From Candidatus Latescibacterota bacterium (GTDB lineage: Bacteria > Latescibacterota > UBA2968), in the NCBI GenBank assembly GCA_965204745.1, contig OZ242010.1:3264001-3328000 (forward strand): a stretch of 64,000 nt of DNA, in the 5' to 3' direction. Under the pieces are notes generated by a model. It did no database searches. It was not told the DNA's origin and saw nothing but the letters and a program-made list of their open reading frames with translations. Positions 1-9,953 of the stretch are shown here, one piece after another. Every line of letters begins with the position of its first letter. Positions within the stretch are counted from its first letter, which is position 1. Both the position numbers and the translations under genes were made by a program.

Positions 1-304
1 CGATGACCGCGATGGGCAAGAAGCGATCTACATTTTTGAAGCGGATGTCTGTGACCGGGAGGGTTTGTTCGGGATTGTCCGGATGCTTGAAGGTGACGGT
101 CAGCGCGCGCCAAAACGTGCCGCCTTGCAGGACTTGCCCGCCTTGTAGCCCGGTGATGGTCGCGTCGAGGTAGATGGCCGCCTGCGTGCAGATGTAGATG
201 CCCAAAAACAGGGCGATGAGATAGAAGACCACCTGAACGATGGGATGGTTTTTGATGGTGGGGTGGTTTTTGATCGACGCGATGTATGCAGCGGGTTTGG
301 GCAT
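1..304 (-). CDS. Partial membrane protein, runs off the window start (MPKPAAYIASIKNHP...VVFYLIALFLGIYIC...)
   Basis: My own translation: open minus-strand frame from ATG at 304 to the window edge, with a hydrophobic TM-like segment. Confidence 0.55.
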   Translation of the reverse strand, partial: MPKPAAYIASIKNHPTIKNHPIVQVVFYLIALFLGIYICTQAAIYLDATITGLQGGQVLQGGTFWRALTVTFKHPDNPEQTLPVTDIRFKNVDRFLPIAVI

Positions 305-489
305 ATCATCTCTACCATTGCGGTGAGTTCAGTAGCGGACGGAATTTGACCAATTTAAGGATTTACGCAGGACTTATCCACCAAAATTTTGGGCAATAGA
401 AGAACGCCCCATCTAAAATCGCTTGCACGATCTCGGATGGGGCCAATCGTTTCGATCACCCAAAGGCGCGTTGCGTCGGATCATGAACT

Positions 490-882
490 TTATTTACTAT
501 CCCCATCTCGGTCGATAGACCTCGTTTCTTCATCGGGGATTCGGCTCCGAATTTTTTCAACCAATGCGGCGGTTGACTGCCGATAGCGATACCACAAACT
601 CATCAATACGAGACCGCCGATGAAACCGATGGTGACAATCACGGTGAATACAGTAAAAATGCGGTCAGAAGCGATGTGTGTCGCGAGTAGAGCGATGAGG
701 AATGAACAACTTATGGACACCAGCGCAATGCCAAAGTTTAGGAAAAGACTCGCAGGCATTCCCTTTTCGAGCATATCCAATTCGCGTTCCTCAATTTCGT
801 ACAATCGCATCGCAGGGACTTTGCCCCTCAGAATCTCGATGGATTTTTCGCCGCCGTTTCGCGCTGAAGATATATGATCCAT
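490..882 (-). CDS. Small two-TM membrane protein, hypothetical
   Basis: ORF 490..966; likely start MDHISS at 882, 1 nt after the upstream stop; two hydrophobic helices. Confidence 0.65.
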   Translation of the reverse strand: MDHISSARNGGEKSIEILRGKVPAMRLYEIEERELDMLEKGMPASLFLNFGIALVSISCSFLIALLATHIASDRIFTVFTVIVTIGFIGGLVLMSLWYRYRQSTAALVEKIRSRIPDEETRSIDRDGDSK

Positions 883-883
883 C

Positions 884-1162
884 TCAAAGATTCCTTTCCA
901 GCCATTCGTCGCTACAAAGCACATTCCATCCGGCCGCTTCCGCTTGAACATCTGACTTGACGACAAAAAGACGACTTCCCTCTATATGCCTCCACAAGTC
1001 CTCTGTAATCTCTGTCGCGCTCTTATCAGTCACCACGGCCCAGGTCGATTTGGTAATGTGCGCCCAAGCGCGATATTTCTTAATTGCATCGCGGAGCGCG
1101 TCGTAATCGCTTCCTGCCGCAATGTCGCAAGAGATAATATAGCACTTTTCATTTTTTTTCAT
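884..1162 (-). CDS. Small Cas2/VapD-like ferredoxin-fold protein (often annotated SinR-family or stand-alone Cas2)
   Basis: 92 aa with pattern YIISCD...DYDAL..AIK.Y..WAHI..STW; GAGGAGG RBS upstream. Confidence 0.6.
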   Translation of the reverse strand: MKKNEKCYIISCDIAAGSDYDALRDAIKKYRAWAHITKSTWAVVTDKSATEITEDLWRHIEGSRLFVVKSDVQAEAAGWNVLCSDEWLERNL

Positions 1163-1181
1163 TGACGTTCCTCCTCGTGTT

Positions 1182-1910
1182 TTACCCGGCGATGATCATG
1201 TAGGTCAGCCATTCCCCGTGGGGGTTTTGGATGTGGTAGGGCGTGCCGGGGGGCAGGTGGACCGCGTCGCCTTCGGTGATGGGTTGTTCGCCATCCGGGG
1301 TGACGAGGACGCCCTTGTTTTCGATGATCCACAACCCGAGTTCCACCTCGTCATAACGCCGCGCGATGCTCTGATGCCCGGGTTGAATGGCTTCGCGGTC
1401 GATGAATGCAATGGATTTCAAGCACCCGTCTTCTGTGCCCACAGGCCCGAGTTGATGCCAGCGAATCGCGCCTGCGCCGTCGCTGACCGGCAACACGTCT
1501 TCCCAGTTGCGAATCACGCACGCGCCGCCCGGGGCCGCGTCGATGTTTTTGCCCAGAACGAGGTGTTCGAGCCAATCGTCGTTCATGTCATTGAACATCT
1601 GGTGGTGAATGTCGGCTGGCAAATAGACCGCATCCCCCGCCCGGACTGGAAACCGGTCTTCGCCGACCAAGACTTCGCCGCTACCGCTGAGGATGTAATA
1701 GGCTTGTTCGACTTGCGCGTGCTTGTGGTGGTCAGAGGTCTTGCGGCCTTGCAATGCGTGCTTGACAATGCCTTGAAGATGGTGCAACTGATGTGCGTCT
1801 TCGTCCTTCCGATTGGGGCCGGCATTTCTGCTTTTCAACCCCGGCCAGCGAATCGCGCTCAAGTGCGCGACTTCGGGCTGTTGGTCTCGCCAGTTTCTAA
1901 TGTGTGCCAT
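1182..1910 (-). CDS. Bicupin-domain protein
   Basis: Two cupin motifs: HKH..VEQAYYILSGSG...GDAVYLP..IHH, and GDAVHLPPGTPYH. Confidence 0.85.
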   Translation of the reverse strand: MAHIRNWRDQQPEVAHLSAIRWPGLKSRNAGPNRKDEDAHQLHHLQGIVKHALQGRKTSDHHKHAQVEQAYYILSGSGEVLVGEDRFPVRAGDAVYLPADIHHQMFNDMNDDWLEHLVLGKNIDAAPGGACVIRNWEDVLPVSDGAGAIRWHQLGPVGTEDGCLKSIAFIDREAIQPGHQSIARRYDEVELGLWIIENKGVLVTPDGEQPITEGDAVHLPPGTPYHIQNPHGEWLTYMIIAG

Positions 1911-2002
1911 GTTTGTTTCCTTTCGCGGTGTTGTGAAGGACTTGTGCGAATCTGGGTGAGGTTCGGCTAAATTAGCGCGATTGGCGAATGTTAAATAAAA
2001 AA

Positions 2003-2042
2003 GTCAGTTGTCAGTTGTCAGTTGTCGGTTGTCAGTTGTCAG
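2003..2042. repeat. Heptamer tandem repeat (GTCAGTT)n
   Basis: About 5-6 units seen directly. Related GTCAGTN/CTGACTA arrays at ~14611-14638, 22951-22982, 25592-25614, 32901-32974 and 34123-34213. Confidence 0.9.
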
Positions 2043-2044
2043 AC

Positions 2045-2290
2045 CGCCCAGCCCCTCACCCCCGTTACTCGCTTCGCTTCGTTGTAGGCTACGCCTGTGC
2101 CTTTGAGGAAGGGGGGAACGCGGATGGGTTTTGCGAGGGGATGGTGTGAGGGGTTTTTAATCGCTTTATGCCCTCGCGCAATGCCATCAGAGCAACCAGA
2201 GCGAGAAGCCATCAAAGGAGCTTTACTCCCCTTTCCTCGTAGGAAAGGGGCCGGGGGATAGGTCCCCTCGGTCAACGCCATCAAAGGACC
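2045..2290. repeat. Modular palindromic intergenic repeat (core hairpin CCCCTTTCCTCGTAGGAAAGGGG)
   Basis: Near-identical blocks at 11696-11982 and, inverted, at 14856-15390. Confidence 0.85.
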
Positions 2291-2327
2291 AAACGCTTTA
2301 GACAAGCACCGCATGATCCCTTTGGTA

Positions 2328-3101
2328 TTATGCCGCTGCGAGCACTTCGCGCACTCGGGGAAATTCGCGCCAGATGTCGAGGAAGCCCCGATTGCCGTTT
2401 TCAGTGCAATCGACGTGGCGGAGGCGGGCAATGGTCGCGTAGCGAATATTGGGAGACGCATTCGGGCCGGCGCTGTGGACCATCTGGTGGTGGGCGAGAA
2501 CGAGATCGCCCGCGTTGCCGGTGATCATATCCGGACCTTCGGGCAATGCCACATGCGGCGTACCATCGGAGAGCACTTCGAGCCCCTCGCGCTTGAAGTA
2601 GGATTGAAAAAAGCGATGCGACCCCGGCCAAACCGTGAAATTGCCGCTAAAGGACTCGGGCACATCGGCCAGGTAAATGACGGCAAAACAGGTGAAATCG
2701 CGGCGGTACACGCCTTTGGGCATGCCATTCATGCCCGTGCCCATGCCGTCGAGATGCCCCCGCGGTTCGGCCGGGTCTTTGCCGATGACATTGGGAAACC
2801 GCGGCGCCACCTGCGCGCCTTGGATGGGCTTTTGCAAGTTGCCCTCTCCCATCAGGGATTCGGCGAGGGAAATGACCGGGCTGTTGTTGAACAGGTCCAT
2901 AATCACGGGACTGCCATTCAAGTCGCGGCAAAACTGCGCGGCGCGATGCTTGGACATATCCTCGCCATTTGGCCCCAGCGTGCCAATCGAATGGTTGATG
3001 GCCTGCCGCGCCGTATCCACCATCGCCTTCGAGATGGCACCGGGGATTTTGACGTACCCACGCTCGTAAAATTCGCGGATTTGTTCGGTCGTGAGTTGCA
3101 T
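2328..3101 (-). CDS. Phytanoyl-CoA dioxygenase (PhyH) family Fe/2OG oxygenase
   Basis: MQLTTEQIREFYERGY start with AAGGAG RBS; HLD motif, WPGSH and distal HSAGPN. Confidence 0.85.
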   Translation of the reverse strand: MQLTTEQIREFYERGYVKIPGAISKAMVDTARQAINHSIGTLGPNGEDMSKHRAAQFCRDLNGSPVIMDLFNNSPVISLAESLMGEGNLQKPIQGAQVAPRFPNVIGKDPAEPRGHLDGMGTGMNGMPKGVYRRDFTCFAVIYLADVPESFSGNFTVWPGSHRFFQSYFKREGLEVLSDGTPHVALPEGPDMITGNAGDLVLAHHQMVHSAGPNASPNIRYATIARLRHVDCTENGNRGFLDIWREFPRVREVLAAA

Positions 3102-3184
3102 GACGATCTCCTTAAAATAGGGTTGCACAACGTCGCTATTGGTCATTAAACTTACGAAAAATACAATTCAAGGACAACGATTAT

Positions 3185-5584
3185 ATGCACGCCAAGCCCA
3201 AATACCTCCCCTTGCTCGTCGCCCTGTTCGCGGGCAGTGGGTGTGCCGCGCTCATCTACGAAATCGTCTGGTTTCAGATGTTGCAACTCGTCATCGGGTC
3301 TTCGGCTATTTCCCTCGGCATCTTGCTCGGCACGTTCATGGCCGGGATGTGCGTGGGCAGTGTGATGCTCTCCCGCGTCATCGCCACGCGCCATCATCCC
3401 TTGCGGGTCTATGCGCTGTTGGAACTGGGCATCGGCATCATGGGGATCGCCCTGCTGTCCGTGTTGCCACTGATCGGCAAATTCTACATCGGCGCGGCAA
3501 CGCAGGGCTTGTGGGGGCATCTCTTGCGCGGCCTTATCTGCGCGTTCTGCCTCTTTCCGCCCACCGTGTTGATGGGCGCGACCCTGCCCGCGATTGCGCG
3601 CTGGACCGCATCCACCCGGCGCGGCGTCTCATGGCTCGGGTTTTTTTATGGGGGCAATATCGTGGGCGCAGTGTGCGGCTGCTTGTTCGCAGGGTTTTAC
3701 CTCTTGCGCCTCTACGACGTGGTCATCGCAACGTACGTGGCAGTCGCGCTGAACATCGGCGTGGCCTTCATCGGGTATGGCTTGGCGCGCCGCGCCGAAT
3801 ACGCCGCAGCGGACGCGCCCACGCGCAATTTGTGGATCGCAAACGCCTGGCGCGTCTATGTCGCCATCGCGATTTCCGGCGCGTGTGCCCTCGGCGCGCA
3901 GGTGATCTGGACGCGCTTGCTGTCGCTGATGATGGGCGCGACCGTGTATGCGTTTTCGATCATCTTGGGCGTTTTCCTCATCGGACTCGGCGTGGGCAGC
4001 AGCGCGGGCGCCGCTCTTGCTCGCAGCAAACGCAATCCCCAACTCGCGCTGGGATGGTGTCAACTCCTCCTCGTCGGCGCGATAGCCTGGGCCGCTTACG
4101 CGCTCGCGCAGTTGCTCCCCTACTGGACGCCGGGCGGAACCGTTGCCGTGCGATTTCAGTTGGATTTGCTGCGTTGTTTCGTGGCGATCTTCCCGGCAAC
4201 CGCGTTGTGGGGCATGAGTTTTCCACTGGCCCTTGCAGCCGCGAGTACGCGAGACCGCGACCCGGGCGCGCTCGCCGGTAGCGTGTACGCGGCCAACACC
4301 GCAGGGGCTATCGTGGGCGCGCTCGGTTTTGTGGTGATCGCGCTTTGGGGAACGCAAACCGCGCAGCGAGTCCTGCTCGTCCTGTCCGCCTGCGGGGCCG
4401 CGTTGATGTTTGGACGTGCATTGTGGCAGGCGCGCAACCGAGGTCGGGCCGTCCGATCAGATCGCTGGGTTGCCGTCACGGTCGGCGTCGCCCTGCTCGT
4501 ATGGCACCTGCCCGCGCCACCGGCCGCGCTGATCGCTTATGGCCGCTCCCTGCTCGACTGGGGCGATGAGGCCCAATATCTCTACGTGGGCGAGGGCATG
4601 AACGCCTCCATTGCCGTGTCAGAACTGGACACGGGCGTGCGAAATTTTCACGTGAGTGGCAAAATCGTCGCGTCCAGCGAACCCCAGGATACGCGCTTGC
4701 AGCGCATGCTCGGGCACCTCTCCGCGCTGATGCACGCAAAGCCGCGATCCGTGCTCGTGGTGGGGTGCGGCGCAGGCGTGACAGCGGGAACATTTCTCTT
4801 GCATCCGAGTGTTGAACGCATCGTAATCTGCGAGATCGAACCGCTGATCCCGCCTGCGGCCAAGGCGTATTTCGGCCCCGAGAATTACGCGGTCTTGCAA
4901 GACCCCCGCGTGGAGGTCGCGATCGACGATGCGCGACATTATCTGGTGACAACGGATGAGAAATTTGATATTATTACGTCCGACCCCATCCACCCTTGGG
5001 TCAAGGGCGCAGGTGCCCTGTATTCAAAAGAGTATTTCGCCCTGTGCAAAAAACGCCTGAACCCCGGCGGGGTGGTGACGCAGTGGGTCCCCCTGTACGA
5101 ATCCCGCGCAGATGCGGTCAAAAGCGAAATCGCAACCTTTTTCGACGTGTTTTCACACGGGACAATTTGGGGCAATCAGGACGACGGCCAGGGCTATGAC
5201 GTCGTCCTCCTGGGCACGGAATCGCCGCTCATCATCGACGTGGATGCCCTGCAAACGCGCTTGGACCGCGACGACCACACCGAAGTTTGGGCATCGCTCG
5301 ACGACGTGGATCTGGGATCGGCTGTCGCGCTTTTGTCAACCTACGCCGGCCGCGCCTCGGACCTCGCAGAATGGCTCGCAGACGCCGAAATCAACCTCGA
5401 CCACAACATGCGCCTCCAGTACTTGGCCGGCCTGGGCCTGAACCGCTACGAGGCAGATGCCATCTACACCGCGCTCTTGGAATACGCGCATTACCCGACA
5501 ACCCTTTTCGTCGCCACCCAAACCACCGAAGCCGCCCTGCGATCCGAAATCGCTTGGCAACACGGCGGGAAAAACAACCGCTGA
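3185..5584 (+). CDS. Fused MFS-like membrane domain / spermidine synthase-like protein
   Basis: SGCAALIYEIVW multi-TM N-terminus; C-terminal VLVVGCGAG, DDAR, FDIITSDP. Confidence 0.85.
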   Translation: MHAKPKYLPLLVALFAGSGCAALIYEIVWFQMLQLVIGSSAISLGILLGTFMAGMCVGSVMLSRVIATRHHPLRVYALLELGIGIMGIALLSVLPLIGKFYIGAATQGLWGHLLRGLICAFCLFPPTVLMGATLPAIARWTASTRRGVSWLGFFYGGNIVGAVCGCLFAGFYLLRLYDVVIATYVAVALNIGVAFIGYGLARRAEYAAADAPTRNLWIANAWRVYVAIAISGACALGAQVIWTRLLSLMMGATVYAFSIILGVFLIGLGVGSSAGAALARSKRNPQLALGWCQLLLVGAIAWAAYALAQLLPYWTPGGTVAVRFQLDLLRCFVAIFPATALWGMSFPLALAAASTRDRDPGALAGSVYAANTAGAIVGALGFVVIALWGTQTAQRVLLVLSACGAALMFGRALWQARNRGRAVRSDRWVAVTVGVALLVWHLPAPPAALIAYGRSLLDWGDEAQYLYVGEGMNASIAVSELDTGVRNFHVSGKIVASSEPQDTRLQRMLGHLSALMHAKPRSVLVVGCGAGVTAGTFLLHPSVERIVICEIEPLIPPAAKAYFGPENYAVLQDPRVEVAIDDARHYLVTTDEKFDIITSDPIHPWVKGAGALYSKEYFALCKKRLNPGGVVTQWVPLYESRADAVKSEIATFFDVFSHGTIWGNQDDGQGYDVVLLGTESPLIIDVDALQTRLDRDDHTEVWASLDDVDLGSAVALLSTYAGRASDLAEWLADAEINLDHNMRLQYLAGLGLNRYEADAIYTALLEYAHYPTTLFVATQTTEAALRSEIAWQHGGKNNR

Positions 5585-5597
5585 TGAAGGAGAACAA

Positions 5598-7454
5598 ATG
5601 ACCATGGAAAACGACCTCAAAGCCCAAGCCGCGCAAAACGTGCCGGAGGGCTACGATCCCGAGTTGTATCGGATCCGCCATTCACTCGCGCACATCATGG
5701 CGCAAGCCGTGATCGAGCAGTTTCCGGGCGCCAAAACCGCGATTGGCCCGCCCATTGAAAACGGGTTCTACTACGACTTCGACTTGCCCGCCAAATTGGG
5801 CGAAGAAGACCTGAAGGGGATTGAAAACAGGATGAAGGAAATCATACGCGGTCGCCATCCCTTTCGAGTTCGGGAAGTCAGTGCCGCCGAGGCGCGCGAC
5901 CTGTTTCAGGACAATCCCTACAAACTCGAACTCATCGATGGTCTCACGCAGGGCAACTATGACGAATACGGCAATGCGCTGTCAGACGCGCAGCAAACCG
6001 CGATCACGGTCTATCGACAAGACGCCTTTCTCGACCTGTGTCGCGGGCCGCATGTCGCGCACACCGGCAACATCAAATACAACGCATTCAAATTGATGAA
6101 CGTGTCGAGTGCTTACTGGCACGGCGACGAAAACAACCCCATGCTCACGCGCATCTACGGCACGGCTTGGCGCGACAAGGCAGAACTCAACGCCCACCTC
6201 AAACGCCTCGAAGAGGCCCAAAAGCGCGACCACCGGCGGTTGGGCCGCGACCTCGAACTCTTCATGGGCCACGAATTTATCGGCACCGGGCTTCCCATCT
6301 GGTTGCCCAATGGCGCCACCGTGCGCCGGATTCTCGAGGAATACATCGAGGAAGAAGAGCGCAAAGCGGGGTACATGCACGTTTATTCCCCGCACTTGGG
6401 CAAACAGGAACTCTACGAAAAATCGGGTCACTGGGAGCACTACAAGGATGAGATGTTCCCGCCTATCGAGTTGAAAAATGAGAACCTGGTATTGCGCCCC
6501 ATGAACTGCCCGCACCACATCTTGATCTATGCGTCAAAGCTCCACAGCTACCGGGAGTTGCCGATCCGCATCGCCGAATTGGGCACGATGTACCGGTTCG
6601 AGAGATCCGGCAAAATGGGCGGCTTGAGCCGCGTGCGCGCAATGACCTTGAACGACGCGCACATTTTTTGCACCCCGAGCCAAGTCAAAGACGAATTTGC
6701 CGATGTGATGCGCTTGGTCGAGCGCGCCTATCGCACCTTGGGCATTGTGGATTACACGTACCGCCTTTCCCTGCGCGACAAGGCGGACCGCGAAAAATAC
6801 GTGGACAACGACGCCATGTGGGATATGGCCGAGGACATGCTGCGCGAGACGATGAAGGCCCTGGATCTGCCTTATGTCGAAGTGCCCGGCGAAGCGGCGT
6901 TCTACGGCCCAAAGCTCGACATTCAATTCCGCGATGTGTTGGGCCGCGAAGAGACGTATTCCACCATTCAAATCGACTTTCACCTGCCCAATCGATTCGA
7001 TCTGACGTACGTAGATCAAGACGACCGCGAATGCCATCCCGTGATCATTCACCGGGGCGTCCTCAGCACCATGGAGCGGATGGTCGCCTATCTCATCGAA
7101 TTGTACGCGGGGGCATTTCCGGTTTGGCTCGCGCCCATCCAAGCGGTTTTGATCCCGATCTCGGACCGCCATATCGACTACGCCCAGCAAGTCACAACGC
7201 GCCTCGCCCAAGCCGGCTTTCGCGTGGAGATCGATGACAGCAACAACCGCATCAATGCCAAAATTCGCAACGCACAACTGCGGAAAATTCCCTACATGCT
7301 CGTCGTGGGCGACCGCGAGGTGCAAGGCGACTCCGTCTCCCCGCGCCTACGCACAGGCGAAAACTTAGCAGCAATGCCCGTGCAAGCCTTCGAAGACCTC
7401 CTGCAAAATATCGTGAGCACGCGGTCCTCGTCATTGGTCAAAGGCGAAAAGTGA
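5598..7454 (+). CDS. thrS: Threonyl-tRNA synthetase (lacks the N-terminal TGS domain)
   Basis: RHSLAH, DLCRGPH, RDHRRLG, RPMNCP, AAFYGPK, IHRG motifs; AAGGAG RBS before ATG 5598. Confidence 0.97.
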   Translation: MTMENDLKAQAAQNVPEGYDPELYRIRHSLAHIMAQAVIEQFPGAKTAIGPPIENGFYYDFDLPAKLGEEDLKGIENRMKEIIRGRHPFRVREVSAAEARDLFQDNPYKLELIDGLTQGNYDEYGNALSDAQQTAITVYRQDAFLDLCRGPHVAHTGNIKYNAFKLMNVSSAYWHGDENNPMLTRIYGTAWRDKAELNAHLKRLEEAQKRDHRRLGRDLELFMGHEFIGTGLPIWLPNGATVRRILEEYIEEEERKAGYMHVYSPHLGKQELYEKSGHWEHYKDEMFPPIELKNENLVLRPMNCPHHILIYASKLHSYRELPIRIAELGTMYRFERSGKMGGLSRVRAMTLNDAHIFCTPSQVKDEFADVMRLVERAYRTLGIVDYTYRLSLRDKADREKYVDNDAMWDMAEDMLRETMKALDLPYVEVPGEAAFYGPKLDIQFRDVLGREETYSTIQIDFHLPNRFDLTYVDQDDRECHPVIIHRGVLSTMERMVAYLIELYAGAFPVWLAPIQAVLIPISDRHIDYAQQVTTRLAQAGFRVEIDDSNNRINAKIRNAQLRKIPYMLVVGDREVQGDSVSPRLRTGENLAAMPVQAFEDLLQNIVSTRSSSLVKGEK

Positions 7455-7587
7455 CCCGAAGCATAAACGCGAATCCCGCAACCGCGTACAAAAAGAACGC
7501 CATCGACAAATCGCCGATGGCGTTTCTGCTTATCCCAATCGGATCATCGCACGCCTGCACGCTTTGGCTGGCAATCAGGGCCATTGT

Positions 7588-8349
7588 TCACCGCCAAAAT
7601 GGACTCGCCCTCTCCGAAAACACCACCTGTCCAAAATCCGCTGGCGCGTGGAATTGCGGGTGGGGCGTTCGGCTGCCCGACCACTGGCTGAATTGCTCAT
7701 TGGTCTTCCCGCCCAGACGGTTCAAATTCAGATGCCACACATCCCCCGGTTGCGGCGGGGTATGCGCGGCAACGTGTGCAAAATTGCGAAAGGGAATGGC
7801 CGCCTCCAAAATCCAGTATTCATCCTCATCGCTGTCGTCGTTCAGCGTGCCCACGATCTGCGTTTTGATCTGAATGCCCTCGCCATTCCATTCCCCGGGC
7901 ACGGGCGCGTCAGGCCCTTCGGGATGAAACTGGTCCAAAAAAATGCCCAGCACATTCATTTCGATATTGAAATAGGCTTGGGGCAAATTCGGATTCGGCG
8001 CGGTAAAAACCTCTACGGTGTCGTCCTTCCACACCGCGGAATCGCGGGCCGTGTGTTCGGCCCAAATATGGGCGTCTTCGCAGATGTAGGCCACGTACAA
8101 ATGCGCGTCATCCCACAGCATTTTGGCGACGGTCTGTTCCTTCTTCCCGGACGCATACCACGGAAAAACAAACGCCCCCACATCCGGCGCGGCCACCCAG
8201 GCGGGTTCGTCCAACCGTCCGTCAATGACAATCGGCGTTCCCGCGCGATAAACGGCGTACACCGGCGGCTCCGCATAAGTTGATGGTACCATAAAAATCC
8301 CCCCAAAAAGCAAAATCAGAGCGGCTGTAAAAAAAGAATGAGCGAACAT
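7588..8349 (-). CDS. Secreted carbohydrate-binding family 9-like protein
   Basis: Signal-like N-terminus; IDGRLDEPAW, LWDDAHLYV, DDTVEVF, W.LEAAIPF, FHAP. Confidence 0.8.
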   Translation of the reverse strand: MFAHSFFTAALILLFGGIFMVPSTYAEPPVYAVYRAGTPIVIDGRLDEPAWVAAPDVGAFVFPWYASGKKEQTVAKMLWDDAHLYVAYICEDAHIWAEHTARDSAVWKDDTVEVFTAPNPNLPQAYFNIEMNVLGIFLDQFHPEGPDAPVPGEWNGEGIQIKTQIVGTLNDDSDEDEYWILEAAIPFRNFAHVAAHTPPQPGDVWHLNLNRLGGKTNEQFSQWSGSRTPHPQFHAPADFGQVVFSERASPFWR

Positions 8350-8538
8350 TTTTGCCTCTTGTGTAGCGTATCGCGTGCAAAGTTCAAACGCAAAATACCA
8401 TAACAAGCCGCATTTTCAACCCCTTTTTGCAGGCTATTCCTTGGGATTCACACTTGATTAGATCAACGGAAAAATATATACTCTGCCAATGGACCGCGGA
8501 TAACCAATCCCGAAAATCAAATCCGACCCCATGGGGCA

Positions 8539-8757
8539 ATGATGAAAGCCTATCGCGTTCAAAAGAAGATCGCCGCAAACGGCGATCTCAAACTGCGTGC
8601 TCTCCCTTTTCGAGAAGGGGATGAAGTAGAGGTCATTATTTTGTCGCACGAAGCCATCCGCCCTTCCGCAACGCCATCACCAATACGCGGCAAGGTCATT
8701 GAATATCTGGATCCGACGGAGCCAGTAGCGACAGAAGACTGGGAACTTTTGAAGTAA
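8539..8757 (+). CDS. Small AbrB-like antitoxin-type protein with no adjacent toxin
   Basis: 72 aa, LPFREGDEVEVII...GKVIEYLDPTEPV..EDW pattern typical of PIN-associated antitoxins. Confidence 0.6.
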   Translation: MMKAYRVQKKIAANGDLKLRALPFREGDEVEVIILSHEAIRPSATPSPIRGKVIEYLDPTEPVATEDWELLK

Positions 8758-8787
8758 GGACGAGGTAGATTCGCCAAGGAGACAACC

Positions 8788-9573
8788 ATGTTGACCGAAG
8801 AACAAGTGGCAGAATTTCACGACAATGGGTTTTTGAACGGCGGCCCCCTGTTGGACGACGCGCAGGTCGAGGTGTTGCGCGAGGAACTCTACCGCGTGAT
8901 CGCCGACAAAGACCGCGATGACGTGCCACAGCCCGTGCTGTTGCGGAACTTGCGCGGCGACGATTCGGCACCGGTCTGGCAGATTGTGAATATCTGGGAA
9001 GCCAGCGCGCCGTTTGAGGCATTGATGTATTCGCAGAAAATTGTCGAGGAAATGGCGCAGTTGACCGGCGCGACCGAATTGCGTATCTGGCACGACCAGA
9101 TCCAGTACAAACCCGCTGAAATCGGAGGCACGACCGGCTGGCATCAAGACGCGCCCCTGTGGCCGATTATCCGCCCCATGACCGAAGTCAGTGCTTGGGT
9201 GGCCCTGGACGATGTGGATGAGGAAAACGGGTGTATGAGCATGGTGCCGGGCTCGCACAACTGGGGCAATCAAATCGCGTTTGTTCGCACGGTGCAAGAC
9301 TTCGATGCCATGCCCTCAACCTTTGAAAACCATCCCATCGAGGTGGTGCGCCGCCCAGTGAAAAAAGGCGAAGTGCATTACCACCACGCCCTCACATGGC
9401 ACGGTTCGCACGACAACCACAGCAACCGCCCTCGCCGCGCCATCGCGATTCACTACATGACACAAGACACTTACTACGATGCACGCGGCAACCATGTGAT
9501 GAAAGAATTTGTCGATGTAAAAGACGGCGAAATCCTGCGTGGAAAACACTTTCCAACGGTGTGGCAAAAGTGA
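8788..9573 (+). CDS. Phytanoyl-CoA dioxygenase (PhyH) family protein
   Basis: MLTEEQVAEFHDNGF, WHQD, VPGSH, HGS. Confidence 0.9.
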   Translation: MLTEEQVAEFHDNGFLNGGPLLDDAQVEVLREELYRVIADKDRDDVPQPVLLRNLRGDDSAPVWQIVNIWEASAPFEALMYSQKIVEEMAQLTGATELRIWHDQIQYKPAEIGGTTGWHQDAPLWPIIRPMTEVSAWVALDDVDEENGCMSMVPGSHNWGNQIAFVRTVQDFDAMPSTFENHPIEVVRRPVKKGEVHYHHALTWHGSHDNHSNRPRRAIAIHYMTQDTYYDARGNHVMKEFVDVKDGEILRGKHFPTVWQK

Positions 9574-9642
9574 AAGGCACAAACAACTAACCGCTAATCG
9601 CTGACCGCTTGGTACGGCACTCCTCTCCCCTCTTGTATCTTT

Positions 9643-9668
9643 GGCCGAGCACGGGGCATCGCCCCTAT
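9643..9668. repeat. GTAG-type REP-like palindrome
   Basis: G(G/C)CGAGCACGGGGCATCGCCCCTA. Related copies at ~22845-22870, 36713-36738, 15410-15435 and 42146-42171. Confidence 0.6.
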
Positions 9669-9953
9669 ACACGGCTCGCCTTTCCCCGCTCGTGGCTTAA
9701 ACTTCCATCTTGCCTCTCGCCTCTTGCCTCTCACCTCTTGTATCTTACGTCCCTTCCTCTGCGGCGCGTTCAGCGGTGCAAACTGAACACATCGTTCACT
9801 TAACCGATAAATTCTCGTGTTGTATTTCACGGATGCAAGATCCACGCCAACCCTTCTTGCAATAGACGAAAAGAAAGGGTTGTAAAATCGGGGGCAGAGA
9901 TGTATGTTGTCGCTGGGCAGAATATTTGATCACATGCAACAAAGGAAGGCATT

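Noticed and set aside
356-380. Resemblance to the IS701 TIR (AGGATTTACGCAGGACTTA)
   Set aside because: Short imperfect match with no partner end or transposase.
884-1162. Bona fide CRISPR cas2
   Set aside because: No cas1 or array nearby; the resemblance is at fold-pattern level only.
2039-2461. ORFs translated from palindromic repeats (also 14981-15404 and 11575-11808)
   Set aside because: They lie over non-coding repeat families and give low-complexity spurious peptides.
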